NCBI GenBank assembly: GCA_000999095.1 | Contig: LCFP01000012.1 | Coordinates: 68,140-132,139, forward strand | Length of the DNA: 64,000 nt | Direction: 5' to 3' | Origin: Candidatus Gottesmanbacteria bacterium GW2011_GWA2_43_14 | GTDB taxonomy: Bacteria; Patescibacteriota; Microgenomatia; 2-02-FULL-39-11 | Shown here: in pieces, positions 1 to 9,307 of the stretch | Position numbering within the stretch: the first letter of the stretch is position 1 | How the letters are laid out: every line of letters starts with the position of its first letter | Program-made: the position numbers and the translations under genes | The notes under the pieces: model-generated | Seen by the model: only the letters and a program-made list of their open reading frames with translations | Told to the model about the DNA's origin: nothing | Databases searched by the model: none

Positions 1-1
1 T

Positions 2-253
2 GCCATCCTTATTTACCGGGACATAGTCGGTATGGGCAAAATCCCGATTGACGTCTACAGCGAGCCGCTGCGTTCCCTGATTACGTTTGTCATCCCGGTC
101 GGCATTATGATGGCTTTTCCGGTCAAAGCCCTTTTAGGCAGTCTGAAAATGCCGCTTATCATTTTTACCTTTGTTTTCAGTTTAAGCCTCCTCTTTATAA
201 GCATTGCCTTTTGGAATTATTCTTTGAAAAAATATACGTCAGCCTCCAGCTGA
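2..253 (+). CDS. C-terminal fragment of a polytopic membrane protein (ABC-2-type permease-like); 5' end lies outside the window
   Basis: Reading frame is open from the window edge. Hydrophobic TM-like segments (ITFVIPVGIMMAF, LIIFTFVFSLSLLFISIAF). Stop at 251-253. Confidence 0.35.
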   Translation, partial: AILIYRDIVGMGKIPIDVYSEPLRSLITFVIPVGIMMAFPVKALLGSLKMPLIIFTFVFSLSLLFISIAFWNYSLKKYTSASS

Positions 254-288
254 TTTAAAAATCAGGGAGGTGTTGCAGGTAAAACACG

Positions 289-1533
289 ATGAAAAAAAAC
301 ACAATTGTTATCGGTATCACTTCCGGCATCGCCGCTTACAAGGTCGTCAGTCTCATCAGGCTTTTAAAGACACAAGGTTTCTTAGTCGAAGTGGTGATGA
401 CGGATACGGCCGTCGCTATGTTCGGCGCCGAAATGTTTGAAAAAGAGACAGGCAAGCCTGTTTTCCACAAGCTTGTCGGGAAGGATTTCAGCTGGAGGGA
501 TACGGTTGAAAGGAAAGAAGTCGACCATATCAGGCTGGCTGACCGGGCGGATCTTTTGCTGATTGCCCCGACCACCGCCAATACCATCGCCAAATTGGCT
601 GCCGGCATCGCCGATAATTTTTTGACAACACTCGCTTTGGCGGTGACCTGTCCTGTTGCCATCTGTCCGTCGATGAATGTCCATATGTGGGGAAATCCCG
701 TTGTTCAAAAAAATCTGGAAAGCCTCAAAAAGCGGGGTTTTATCGTCATCCCTCCGGATTCGGGTAGCCTGGCCTGCGGCTATACCGGGGTGGGCAGGCT
801 CAAAGATACGGAAGAAATTGCCGGAAAGATCGGAAACATAATAAAAAGAGGACGCCGTCTTACCGGCAGTAAAATTCTGGTGACAGCCGGCGGGACTGCT
901 GAGTATATTGACAGCGTGCGCATTCTGACCAACAAAGCCAGCGGCAGAATGGGTCTGGCCATAGCCGGAGAGGCCAAGCTCCGGGGAGCGGAAGTGCTTC
1001 TCTTAAGAAGTGAGAAATCCGTTTCCGATCCGTTTGTTCCCGAAAAAACCTTTACCACATCGTCCGACCTGAAAAAACTGCTTGAAACATATACGCCCGT
1101 CTATGATATAATTTTCCACTCGGCCGCTGTTTCCGATTTTATGCCGGAAAAAAGTTTTAAGGGGAAAATCGAAAGCAGCCGGGATTTCGAACTCAGATTC
1201 CGTCACACGGATAAACTGATCGATACGGTCAAAAAACTGAATCCGGAAATCAAATTGATCGGTTTCAAGGCGGTTTTTGGGTTGAAAGAGACTGAAATTG
1301 CACAAATTGCGGATAAGATGTTTGTCAGAAGCGGGGCTGATTTTATTTGCGTAAACGACATCAAAAGAGCCGATATCGGATTTGAAGCCCGTGACAATGA
1401 AATTTGGCTGGTGACAAAAAGAAGAGCGGTGGTAAAATTAGAAAAAGCGCCGAAAGAGGAGATTGCCGCCAAACTTCTGGATTTATGTACGCGCAAGGAA
1501 ACCGGAAATGAGAAAAAGAAAACTGTTCGATAA
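289..1533 (+). CDS. coaBC: bifunctional phosphopantothenoylcysteine decarboxylase / phosphopantothenate-cysteine ligase
   Basis: N-terminal flavoprotein fold (IVIGITSGIAAYKVVSLIRLLK ... ICPSMNVHMW) plus C-terminal CoaB ligase domain (ILVTAGGTAEYIDSVRILTNKASGRMG). SD GGGAGGTG upstream of the ATG. Confidence 0.9.
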   Translation: MKKNTIVIGITSGIAAYKVVSLIRLLKTQGFLVEVVMTDTAVAMFGAEMFEKETGKPVFHKLVGKDFSWRDTVERKEVDHIRLADRADLLLIAPTTANTIAKLAAGIADNFLTTLALAVTCPVAICPSMNVHMWGNPVVQKNLESLKKRGFIVIPPDSGSLACGYTGVGRLKDTEEIAGKIGNIIKRGRRLTGSKILVTAGGTAEYIDSVRILTNKASGRMGLAIAGEAKLRGAEVLLLRSEKSVSDPFVPEKTFTTSSDLKKLLETYTPVYDIIFHSAAVSDFMPEKSFKGKIESSRDFELRFRHTDKLIDTVKKLNPEIKLIGFKAVFGLKETEIAQIADKMFVRSGADFICVNDIKRADIGFEARDNEIWLVTKRRAVVKLEKAPKEEIAAKLLDLCTRKETGNEKKKTVR

Positions 1534-1723
1534 GGAAAAACGCCTCAAGGACCTGGAGATAAAATTGTCTTTTTACGAAGGCAAGCTTCTAAACCAGATG
1601 TCGACCTACCGCGGCATTGTCTCAGAAAGCGTCGCCTCGCCCATCAAGCACCAGGAGCTGATCATGCTGTATACCCATGTTGACGACCTCAAAAAAGAAA
1701 TAGAAGAACTCGAAGCCGATTAA
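1508..1723 (+). CDS. small hypothetical coiled-coil protein (71 aa counted from the internal Met MRKRKLFDKEKRLKDLEIKL)
   Basis: ORF overlaps the coaBC 3' end in another frame. Charged, heptad-like sequence; no recognisable family. Confidence 0.25.
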   Translation: MRKRKLFDKEKRLKDLEIKLSFYEGKLLNQMSTYRGIVSESVASPIKHQELIMLYTHVDDLKKEIEELEAD

Positions 1724-1730
1724 AAGTCGC

Positions 1731-2015
1731 TTACAAAAGTTTTTTCCTATAGAGCTGGACGTGTGTCCCTATTGCGACAAAAAAGGCAACCGATTCTTCA
1801 TAATCTTCGGTAATTTCCTTATAGATAGCTCTCCAGTCTGCTGTGATATTGATGCTGCGAAAACCGTAGTATTCACTTTTAAGCGGGTGATTATTTAACA
1901 GGGGATGGTAGGGATTTTTGACAAAGAGTACAATGCGTTCTTTAAATTTTTTGCGTATGCGTACGTTTGTTTTTTTAAGGGTTTTTATAAATTCAGGGCC
2001 AAACTGAATTTTCAT
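1731..2015 (-). CDS. relE: type II toxin-antitoxin system toxin, RelE/ParE family
   Basis: 94 aa. C-terminal pattern typical of RelE/StbE (YGFRSINITADWRAIYKEI ... VAFFVAIGTHVQLY). Overlaps the upstream antitoxin gene by 4 nt. Confidence 0.7.
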   Translation of the reverse strand: MKIQFGPEFIKTLKKTNVRIRKKFKERIVLFVKNPYHPLLNNHPLKSEYYGFRSINITADWRAIYKEITEDYEESVAFFVAIGTHVQLYRKKLL

Positions 2016-2296
2016 ACCCCTTGTTTTTCCAACCAGTCGATTGCATCTTCAGGTGTGTGGAAAACAGGAGATGCTTTTCCGGATTTCCGGTTTTTCTCCG
2101 CTTTTTTCATGGCACGAAGAAGATACTGGTTGGGGTCTTCATCAATGAGAGTAAAGTTAATTGTTTTAGTTCTGACGAGCTGTTTCAACCAGGCATTCAT
2201 TAAAGAACTTAAACTAAAACCCAGCTCTTTAGCTACTTTTTGAGCTTTTTCTTTTACTTCAGGTTCTGTTTTGATATAAATTGCTGTTGAATTCAT
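2012..2296 (-). CDS. relB: type II toxin-antitoxin system antitoxin, RelB/DinJ family (ribbon-helix-helix)
   Basis: 94 aa. RHH-like N-terminus (IYIKTEPEVKEKAQKVAKELGFSLSSLMNAWLKQL). Lies immediately upstream of and overlaps relE, the classic antitoxin-toxin order. Confidence 0.65.
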   Translation of the reverse strand: MNSTAIYIKTEPEVKEKAQKVAKELGFSLSSLMNAWLKQLVRTKTINFTLIDEDPNQYLLRAMKKAEKNRKSGKASPVFHTPEDAIDWLEKQGV

Positions 2297-2371
2297 ATAG
2301 CTAAAGTATATACAAAGTATATACTTATGTCAAGATAGCGAATTCTAAAATATCTGATAAAATATGCAGAA

Positions 2372-3622
2372 ATGATTCAGACCTACTTCATAAAAACCTT
2401 CGGCTGCCAGCAGAATGAATCCGATTCCGAACGGATCGCCTCCTACTTCCGGAACCGCGGCTTCGGCAAAGCCAAAGGCATGTATCAGGCGGACACGGTA
2501 GTCATCAATACCTGCATGATCAGGGAAATGGCGGAAAACCGCGTCTACGGCACCGTCAACAATCTGGTCAAAAATAAGCTGAAAATGGGCAAACCCGGCA
2601 AGATTGTGGTTACCGGCTGTATGGTCGGTATGGCCGCCAGGGACAAGAGCGGCGTTTTCATGAAACTGATCAGGAAAAGGATGCCCTATGTCGATGAATT
2701 TTTGCCGATCGAGGAAGTCGGCTTCGACCATCCGCCTCTCCGTTCGGATACCGTCAACGCCTGGGTGCCGGTCTCCAACGGCTGCAACAATTTCTGCACT
2801 TTTTGCGTGGTTCCCTTCACCCGCGGCCGCGAGATTTCCAGGCCTTACGCCGATATTTTGGCCGAATGCCGCAAGCTGGCCGCTGGTGGCTTTCGCAAAA
2901 TCACTTTGCTTGGGATGAACGTCAATTCCTACGGCGCGGATCTGATAGTCGGGGCAGACAACGTCCAGGTCATGCGGGATATCGGACGGAAGTATTTCGG
3001 GAACAAGTCCGGCAAAATGCCCGCCGGCTACGTTTTACCTGACGGCCGCAAAGTGAAACCGGTTTTGGTGACGCATCTTGGCCGTTTGCGTATTCCCACC
3101 CTTTTTCCCTATCTTTTGGAGGATATCTGCGCCATTGAGGGGATTGAAAATATCGATTTCATGTCATCAAACCCCTGGGATTTTTCCCCGGAACTGATCG
3201 GAACAATTGCCAAAAATCCCAAAATCACCCGGAAACTGCACCTGGCAGTCCAGTCCGGCAGCGATACGGTCCTTAAGAGGATGAACCGCTGGTACAAAAG
3301 GAGCGAATTTCTGAAATTGCTCCGGACGATGAGAGAAAAAATAAAAGGAGTGGAATTCTCGACGGATATCATCGTCGGCTTCTGCGGGGAAACGGACAAA
3401 GAGTTTGAGGAGACGCTTGACCTGGCCAAAAAAGCCAAATTTTACAAAGCCTATATTGCCATGTATTCGGACCGCCCGGGTACAGCCGCGCACAAAGCCT
3501 TCAAAGATGACGTGCCCCACCCGCTTAAAAAGAAACGCTGGCAGGTTCTGGAAAAGATGATCAACAAGCCGTATGTTGAAAGTTTAAAAAGAAAAAAGAT
3601 TCCATCAAAAGCCAACCGTTAA
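2372..3622 (+). CDS. miaB: radical SAM tRNA methylthiotransferase, MiaB/RimO/MtaB family (probably MiaB given the adjacent miaA)
   Basis: N-terminal MTTase domain (IKTFGCQQNESDSERIASYF). Radical SAM motif CNNFCTFCVVPFTRGRE. TRAM-like C-terminus. Confidence 0.85.
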   Translation: MIQTYFIKTFGCQQNESDSERIASYFRNRGFGKAKGMYQADTVVINTCMIREMAENRVYGTVNNLVKNKLKMGKPGKIVVTGCMVGMAARDKSGVFMKLIRKRMPYVDEFLPIEEVGFDHPPLRSDTVNAWVPVSNGCNNFCTFCVVPFTRGREISRPYADILAECRKLAAGGFRKITLLGMNVNSYGADLIVGADNVQVMRDIGRKYFGNKSGKMPAGYVLPDGRKVKPVLVTHLGRLRIPTLFPYLLEDICAIEGIENIDFMSSNPWDFSPELIGTIAKNPKITRKLHLAVQSGSDTVLKRMNRWYKRSEFLKLLRTMREKIKGVEFSTDIIVGFCGETDKEFEETLDLAKKAKFYKAYIAMYSDRPGTAAHKAFKDDVPHPLKKKRWQVLEKMINKPYVESLKRKKIPSKANR

Positions 3623-4632
3623 TCATCATCTGCGGCCCTACCGCAACCGGCAAAACCGGCCTGGGCCTTGAGCTTGCCCGGAAGTTCGGCGGGGAAATCG
3701 TCTCTGCCGACAGCCGCCAGGTTTACCGGGGGATGGATATCGGCACCGGCAAGGATATCCCCAAAAATTCCAATTTCCGTATCACCCCCGGGGTGATACA
3801 GGATTCACAATCCGGGATTTTAAATCATCAGGATATTAAAATCGGATATTATCTGATAGACGGAATTCCCCTCTGGCTGGTGGATATCGTCAAGCCGGAT
3901 TTTAATTTCCACCTCAGCCTTTACCGCCGCCTGGCTCTTGCTGTTATCGCCGATATCAGCAGGCGGGGGAAACTGCCTTTGGTTGTCGGCGGTACCGGTT
4001 TGTATATCAAATCTCTTTTAACCGATATGCCCGATATGGAGATACTGCCTGATGCGGATCTGAGGCAGCAACTTAGCGGTAAAAACAGCAATGAACTGGG
4101 GGAAATTTTGCGCGCCCGCGATTTTGTCAAATGGCAAAAAATGAACGTGTCGGACAGGCAAAATCCCCGCAGGCTGGTGAGGGCCATCGAAGTTGCCGGC
4201 AAAAGGCCGGCGGAAAAGACTATACTGCCTGTATTCGATTTCCTGATGGTTTATTTGAAAGGCCCGAAAACCTGGTTGGACGACAGGATCAAAAAAAGGG
4301 TGGCGGAGAGAATATCCGCCGGTGTGGTGGCAGAAACGGATAATTTAATAAAAGACGGTTACGATTTTAATTTGCCTTCCTTTTCCGCTTCCCCTTACAG
4401 ACAGCTGGCGGCATACTTCACCGGAGGAAAAAAGCCGGAACTGCTGGATCAGGCTCTTAACAACTGGCAAAAGGCGGAAAAAGACTATGCCCAAAGACAA
4501 ACAGTCTGGTTCGATAAAATGGCCCGGCAGTTTTCAGCCCCAGGAAAAGTAATGGAGGTTGACGCCTCGAAAATAAACAGAAAGCAGTTAGAAGTTGAGA
4601 TTGGGGAATGGTATACTAAAAGACGTGCCTAA
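3604..4632 (+). CDS. miaA: tRNA dimethylallyltransferase (isopentenyl-tRNA transferase); the start is not an ATG
   Basis: The P-loop IIICGPTATGKTGLGLELARKFGGEIVSADSRQVYRGMDIGTGK is encoded in-frame upstream of the first ATG at 3733. The frame opens right after a TGA at 3577-3579 and overlaps the miaB stop. MiaA motifs follow (LVVGGTGLYIKSLL). Confidence 0.8.
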   Translation: MKSQPLIIICGPTATGKTGLGLELARKFGGEIVSADSRQVYRGMDIGTGKDIPKNSNFRITPGVIQDSQSGILNHQDIKIGYYLIDGIPLWLVDIVKPDFNFHLSLYRRLALAVIADISRRGKLPLVVGGTGLYIKSLLTDMPDMEILPDADLRQQLSGKNSNELGEILRARDFVKWQKMNVSDRQNPRRLVRAIEVAGKRPAEKTILPVFDFLMVYLKGPKTWLDDRIKKRVAERISAGVVAETDNLIKDGYDFNLPSFSASPYRQLAAYFTGGKKPELLDQALNNWQKAEKDYAQRQTVWFDKMARQFSAPGKVMEVDASKINRKQLEVEIGEWYTKRRA

Positions 4633-5527
4633 GAAAGTCGAAATTTCCCACAGGACTATCATTTTTACCACGGTTTTTCTGCTGTCTTTGTGGTTTCTGG
4701 TCCAGGTGTCGGAGATTATTTTCTGGCTGTTTATTTCCTTTATCCTGATGTCCGCTTTCAAGCCGACGGTAGATTATCTGGAAGGAAAAAGATTTCCGCG
4801 GATTTTAGCCATACTGGTAATTTATGTCTTTCTGATATTGGTCCTGGTTTTTGTGGGCAGTACGATCATTCCTCCTTTGGTTACCCAGACTATCGGGCTG
4901 ATAGAAAGGCTACCCGGGTACCTCAGGACTGTTTTGCCGTTTTTGACCATCGATCCGGGTGTGGTGACACAGCAGATTGCTCCTATCGGCCAAAACCTGG
5001 TCAAACTTAGCTTGGGTATTTTCAACAATCTGGTAGCTTTCTTTACCATTATCGTTATTACCTTTTATCTTCTTCTGGAACGGAAAAACCTCAATTCTTA
5101 CCTGACTTTTTTACTGGGGGATACAACAGGCAGCAATGTCAGCGGCGTCATCAGGAAGGTCGAGGAACGCTTAGGGGCCTGGGTCAGGGGACAGGTGACC
5201 CTGCTTTTTGTCGTCGGTATCCTGACTTATATCGGTTTGGCGATTCTGGGCATTCCGTATGCTTTGCCTTTGGCGATTCTGGCCGCCCTTCTGGAAATCG
5301 TGCCCAACATCGGTCCCGTTTTGGCTTCCATCCCGGCCATCATCGTTTCCTTTGCCGTTTCCTCCCTGCATCCTATGTTTACGATTATTATGTACATTAT
5401 CATCCAGCAGTTGGAAAACCAGCTGATTGTGCCGCAGGTCATGCGCAGAGTAGTCGGTTTGCCGCCACTTGTCACAATCGTCGCCATTCTGATCGGGGTC
5501 AAACTGGCAGGAATCCGCGGCGTGTAA
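4595..5527 (+). CDS. AI-2E family transporter (PerM/YhhT, UPF0118) membrane protein
   Basis: About 8 TM segments and the family's C-terminal region (GAWVRGQVTLLFVVGILTYIGLAILGIPYALPLAILAALLEIVPNIGPVLASIPA). The 5' end overlaps the miaA 3' end, so the start is uncertain. Confidence 0.7.
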   Translation: MRLGNGILKDVPKKVEISHRTIIFTTVFLLSLWFLVQVSEIIFWLFISFILMSAFKPTVDYLEGKRFPRILAILVIYVFLILVLVFVGSTIIPPLVTQTIGLIERLPGYLRTVLPFLTIDPGVVTQQIAPIGQNLVKLSLGIFNNLVAFFTIIVITFYLLLERKNLNSYLTFLLGDTTGSNVSGVIRKVEERLGAWVRGQVTLLFVVGILTYIGLAILGIPYALPLAILAALLEIVPNIGPVLASIPAIIVSFAVSSLHPMFTIIMYIIIQQLENQLIVPQVMRRVVGLPPLVTIVAILIGVKLAGIRGV

Positions 5528-5552
5528 GCTTCTCTATACTTAATTTTGGACA

Positions 5553-7238
5553 ATGGAAATTTTGGCTCTTATTTCATTCGGTTTATCGATTTATGCTATT
5601 TTGAGGGTAAACCGGTTGGAAAGCTATCTCAAGGAAAAATTTGACGGTGAGATCAAAGGTGAGGTTGTAAATCAAAAGACAGGGGAGGCGGAACCGGTTT
5701 TCGGGAAAAAAGAGAGTACGGCTAATATTTTCAGCTGGTTTGCCCACGAATGGCCTTTAAAAACAGGCGCACTCCTTATTCTCCTCGGATTTATCTGGCT
5801 GGTCACTTATGCCTTTTTAAATAACTGGGTGGGACCGTTGGGCAGGATTACTTTCGGCTTTCTCTCAGGCTCAGCCATCCTTTATTTAGGCGAAAAACGG
5901 TTAAAAACTGTTTCTTCCCAGGGAATAACCATGACCGGACTGGGAGCTGCGGTAATCATGATAACCGTTTATGCGGCCCAGCATGTTTACAGCATGTTTC
6001 CTGCCCCAATCGCCTTATTATTTACCTCTCTGACCATGATGATGACCGCCGCGGTCAGTTTAAAGTATAAAGTCAGGTCGCTGGCCATCTTCAGCCTGGC
6101 AATCGGAGGACTGGCTCCGCTTCTTATAGGCAGGGCGGGCGAAGGCATCCTGGGGCTTTATGGTTACCTTTTGGCTGTAACCGCCGGGGTGATCTGGCTG
6201 GCCGGTTATTCCCGCTGGAAAATCCTGATTTTTCTGTCGATGGTTACTATTTCATTCTACAGTTTTTCCTATTTTTTCCCGGGCAGGATTTTCCCCGGTT
6301 CGATCCTACTGCCGCAGGAGTTTTTCTACCTGAAATTTTTTGCGGTCACCTTCTCTAGCCTGTATTTTTTTACCATCCTTTTGTCCGTGGTTTCGCGCAA
6401 GGTGGAGGTTCCGGATTTGTTGGCAGCGGCAGCCCACGGCCTGTTTACCGTCGGCTGGATCAACGGCATTGTCCTGCCGGAATATAAAAGCGCGGTTACG
6501 CTTTTGGCGGCTGCTTTTTATCTCGGGGCCACCTACCTGGTTTTTCTCCGCACCAAGGTCAAAAACGCTCTTTTCCTCTATACCTTTATTTCCGTATTTC
6601 TGCTGACTTTGGCGGCGGTCTTTGAGTTTCAGGGACCGGTTCTGGTCATTGCCCTGTCGGTCGAGGCGGCTCTCCTGCCTATAGCTGCTCTGGCTTTGCT
6701 GAATCAGGAAATCGCCGGCTACCTGTTAGCACTTTTCATTCTGCCTTCCCTTTTTTCGGTGCCTTCCCTTTTTTCCGGCAAGTGGAACCTGGGGCTTCTT
6801 CAGAATGATTTTTATGCCCTGTCGGGGGTTACTCTGGCATACCTGACTTCCGGCTTTTATTTTCTCGGAAAATTCAGACAGAAGGATCATTCCCTGCACC
6901 GGGCGGCTATCCTCGTAACCATTGCCGGAGCCTATTATGCCTTATTTTTAATCTGGAAAATAAACCGGGTGTTTTTTACGCCTGATTATGTAGCCAGGAT
7001 GATCAGCCTGTTGATTTACTCCCTGGCCGGACTGTATTTTTATGTTAAGGGGGAATTGGAACAAAGAAAAATATTTTACCGTTTCGGCATGTCGGTACTT
7101 ATCTTTGTCGTTGCCAGGCTTTTGATTGTCGAGGTCTGGTCCATGGAAATAAGCTACCGGATTGTTACCTTCTTTTTGACGGGTTTGATGTTTACCGGGT
7201 CCGTAATTTTGAGGAAATCGAAGGTTACCCAAAAATGA
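5553..7238 (+). CDS. hypothetical large polytopic membrane protein (about 16-18 TM; DUF2339-like architecture)
   Basis: 561 aa, almost entirely hydrophobic helices. No catalytic motif recognised. Confidence 0.5.
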   Translation: MEILALISFGLSIYAILRVNRLESYLKEKFDGEIKGEVVNQKTGEAEPVFGKKESTANIFSWFAHEWPLKTGALLILLGFIWLVTYAFLNNWVGPLGRITFGFLSGSAILYLGEKRLKTVSSQGITMTGLGAAVIMITVYAAQHVYSMFPAPIALLFTSLTMMMTAAVSLKYKVRSLAIFSLAIGGLAPLLIGRAGEGILGLYGYLLAVTAGVIWLAGYSRWKILIFLSMVTISFYSFSYFFPGRIFPGSILLPQEFFYLKFFAVTFSSLYFFTILLSVVSRKVEVPDLLAAAAHGLFTVGWINGIVLPEYKSAVTLLAAAFYLGATYLVFLRTKVKNALFLYTFISVFLLTLAAVFEFQGPVLVIALSVEAALLPIAALALLNQEIAGYLLALFILPSLFSVPSLFSGKWNLGLLQNDFYALSGVTLAYLTSGFYFLGKFRQKDHSLHRAAILVTIAGAYYALFLIWKINRVFFTPDYVARMISLLIYSLAGLYFYVKGELEQRKIFYRFGMSVLIFVVARLLIVEVWSMEISYRIVTFFLTGLMFTGSVILRKSKVTQK

Positions 7239-8380
7239 AATTGAAAATCATCCTATTTTCAGTCTGCTTGTTATTTTTGAATTTGTCCGCTTCCGCCCGG
7301 GTTTCGGCGCTGACTTATTATGCGACTCCGGCAGAGTTGCCGGTTGCGGAAATAATCAGCAGTTTTCGCCTTTATCAGGTAATTGCGGATCTGCAATTAA
7401 GCGTTCCCTCGGTGGTAAAGTTTCCGTTAGACGGCAGTTCAGGCAGTTTTGCCGTTCTGGAAACGGAAAGCAATACTTTCCAGCCCTATAATGTCACCTC
7501 CGAACTGACAAAAGTACCGTTTACGGTTGAGAGCGGAAATGCTGATGATCCGTTTTTGAACGACGGCAATAATAATACTTTTGCGGAATATGCCCTGGTT
7601 GATGCGGGTGGCGAAAACACCGCGGTGCTTACTTTTTCCTATTCAAGGCCAATCAGTACATATCAGCTGAAATTCAGCCTGGCGGACAACGTCCAGCTGC
7701 CGGATGCGGTTTCAGTTGTTGAGCTAGGGGGAAATTTGGAAAGGATACTGATCAACCGCAAAGCGCTTTCAAACAGCGCGGTCAGTTTTCCGGCTTCAAA
7801 TGCTTCCTCCTTCAGGGTAATTTTTTATTACCGCCAGCCTTTGAGAATCAGCGAAATAGGCTTTAATGATACGGCCGGCAGAACCGCCCAAAAATATCTT
7901 TTGTTCCTGGCCGGCCCCGGATTGAATTACCATGTTTACAGTTCTGCCGAAGTCGTCCCATATATCAGGCTGCCTGAATCAGCCGACTTGCGGGCAGGGG
8001 CCGAAACCGTGGAAATCGCCGCGCCTCCCAAGGTATTAAACCCCTTCTTTAAAGAAGCCGATTCCGACCGGGACGGGATAGCTGACAAAAGGGACAATTG
8101 CCGCGACATCCATAATCCAGACCAGGCTGATGTCAACCGGAATTCACGCGGGGATGCCTGCGAAGATTTTGACCTTGACGGAGTCTTAAACGGCAAGGAC
8201 AATTGTCCTGACAAGCCGAACCGTTTGCAGCAGGATAGCGACCGCGACGGAGCCGGTGATCATTGCGATTCAACCGAAAACAGGATAATAGAGCGTTTCC
8301 CGTATTTGCCATGGCTGGGCATCGGGATCGGTTTTTTGATAGTGGCTTTAATATTTAAAACCGCCATTTCACCGAAATAA
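7235..8380 (+). CDS. secreted protein with thrombospondin type-3 (calcium-binding) repeats and a C-terminal TM anchor
   Basis: Signal peptide (MKLKIILFSVCLLFLNLSASA). TSP3 repeats (DSDRDGIADKRDNCRDIHNPDQADVN ... DLDGVLNGKDNCPDKPNRLQQDSDRDGAGDHCD). C-terminal hydrophobic segment. ATGA overlap with the upstream gene. Confidence 0.6.
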   Translation: MKLKIILFSVCLLFLNLSASARVSALTYYATPAELPVAEIISSFRLYQVIADLQLSVPSVVKFPLDGSSGSFAVLETESNTFQPYNVTSELTKVPFTVESGNADDPFLNDGNNNTFAEYALVDAGGENTAVLTFSYSRPISTYQLKFSLADNVQLPDAVSVVELGGNLERILINRKALSNSAVSFPASNASSFRVIFYYRQPLRISEIGFNDTAGRTAQKYLLFLAGPGLNYHVYSSAEVVPYIRLPESADLRAGAETVEIAAPPKVLNPFFKEADSDRDGIADKRDNCRDIHNPDQADVNRNSRGDACEDFDLDGVLNGKDNCPDKPNRLQQDSDRDGAGDHCDSTENRIIERFPYLPWLGIGIGFLIVALIFKTAISPK

Positions 8381-8474
8381 CTCCGTCTTTTACGTCCGCT
8401 TTTTTTAATATACAAAATATTAATAAATTATATAAACTTGACTTTATTAATATTTTATAGTTAAATGTATTTAT

Positions 8475-8786
8475 ATGAAGTCGCAAGTATCAATGGACGA
8501 GTTCAGAAAAAATTTGTCAGAGATTGTTGCAAGAGTTATGTACGGTGATCAGACTTACCTGGTTAAAAAACACAGCAGGTCAGGAGTTGTGGTCATTAGC
8601 GAGAGGGAATATGAAAATTTGAGGGATCCGAGAAAACGGTTTGATTCAAAAAGCGATTGGAATAAATTTTTTAAGTTTACCGATAAAATCAGATCCGCAA
8701 TGTCTGTAAAGGATCAATTGAGGTTGGAAAAAATCATTAACAGAGAAATAAAGGCCATTAGGTCAAAAAAAGCCATAAAAGACTGA
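8475..8786 (+). CDS. type II antitoxin, Phd/YefM family
   Basis: 103 aa. N-terminus MDEFRKNLSEIVARVMYGDQTYLVKKHSRSGVVVISEREYENL is typical of Phd/YefM. AT-rich promoter-like region 8400-8470 (TTGACT ... TTAAAT). Confidence 0.65.
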   Translation: MKSQVSMDEFRKNLSEIVARVMYGDQTYLVKKHSRSGVVVISEREYENLRDPRKRFDSKSDWNKFFKFTDKIRSAMSVKDQLRLEKIINREIKAIRSKKAIKD

Positions 8787-8796
8787 AAAACATTTT

Positions 8797-9231
8797 ATGG
8801 CCGGTATTATACGAGTAATTTTAGATACAAATGTCTTAATCAGCGGACTTTTCGGTATCAAAAATTCCGCTTCCGCAAAAATCCTTATAGCCGTCCGTAA
8901 TCAAAAATTTATCCTCGTAAACTCTCCTGAAATTCTTGAAGAGATAGCGGAAGTGATAAACCGTGAAAGAATTGTGAAGATAACCAAAATGAATAAAGCG
9001 GAAAGGAAAAAATTCATGGAAGAATTAATTGGCAGAAGCGAGGTAACTTCAGGCAGGAAACTATCAAAATCAGGAGGACGCGACGAAAAGGACGATAAAT
9101 TTTTGGCTTGTGCTTACGAGGCTCACGCGGATTATATTGTGACAGGGGATAAAGACCTGTTGGTTTTGAAAGAGTATGGATATACAAAAATAGTGTCTCC
9201 GAAAGAATTTACGGAATTCATGAGTCTGTGA
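8797..9231 (+). CDS. PIN-domain toxin (putative toxin-antitoxin toxin component, PIN family)
   Basis: IRVILDTNVLISGL at the N-terminus, acidic residues, and C-terminal YIVTGDKDLL. Directly downstream of the Phd/YefM gene. Confidence 0.65.
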   Translation: MAGIIRVILDTNVLISGLFGIKNSASAKILIAVRNQKFILVNSPEILEEIAEVINRERIVKITKMNKAERKKFMEELIGRSEVTSGRKLSKSGGRDEKDDKFLACAYEAHADYIVTGDKDLLVLKEYGYTKIVSPKEFTEFMSL

Positions 9232-9270
9232 TTAATGCCCCGAATCGATCAGGACAATCATACCATCCGG

Positions 9271-9300
9271 TTGGACGTGTCATGTCATTTTTGTTATAAT
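9271..9300 (+). promoter_or_regulatory. sigma70-type promoter for rnpB (TTGGAC - 17 nt - TGTTATAAT, extended -10)
   Basis: TTGGAC at 9271-9276, a 17-nt spacer, TATAAT at 9295-9300 preceded by TGT. About 7 nt upstream of the predicted RNA 5' end. Confidence 0.6.
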
Positions 9301-9307
9301 CCGTCAT

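Noticed and set aside
336-1496. Several 90-110-aa - strand ORFs inside coaBC
   Set aside because: - Antisense to a confidently identified gene.
- Low-complexity translations.
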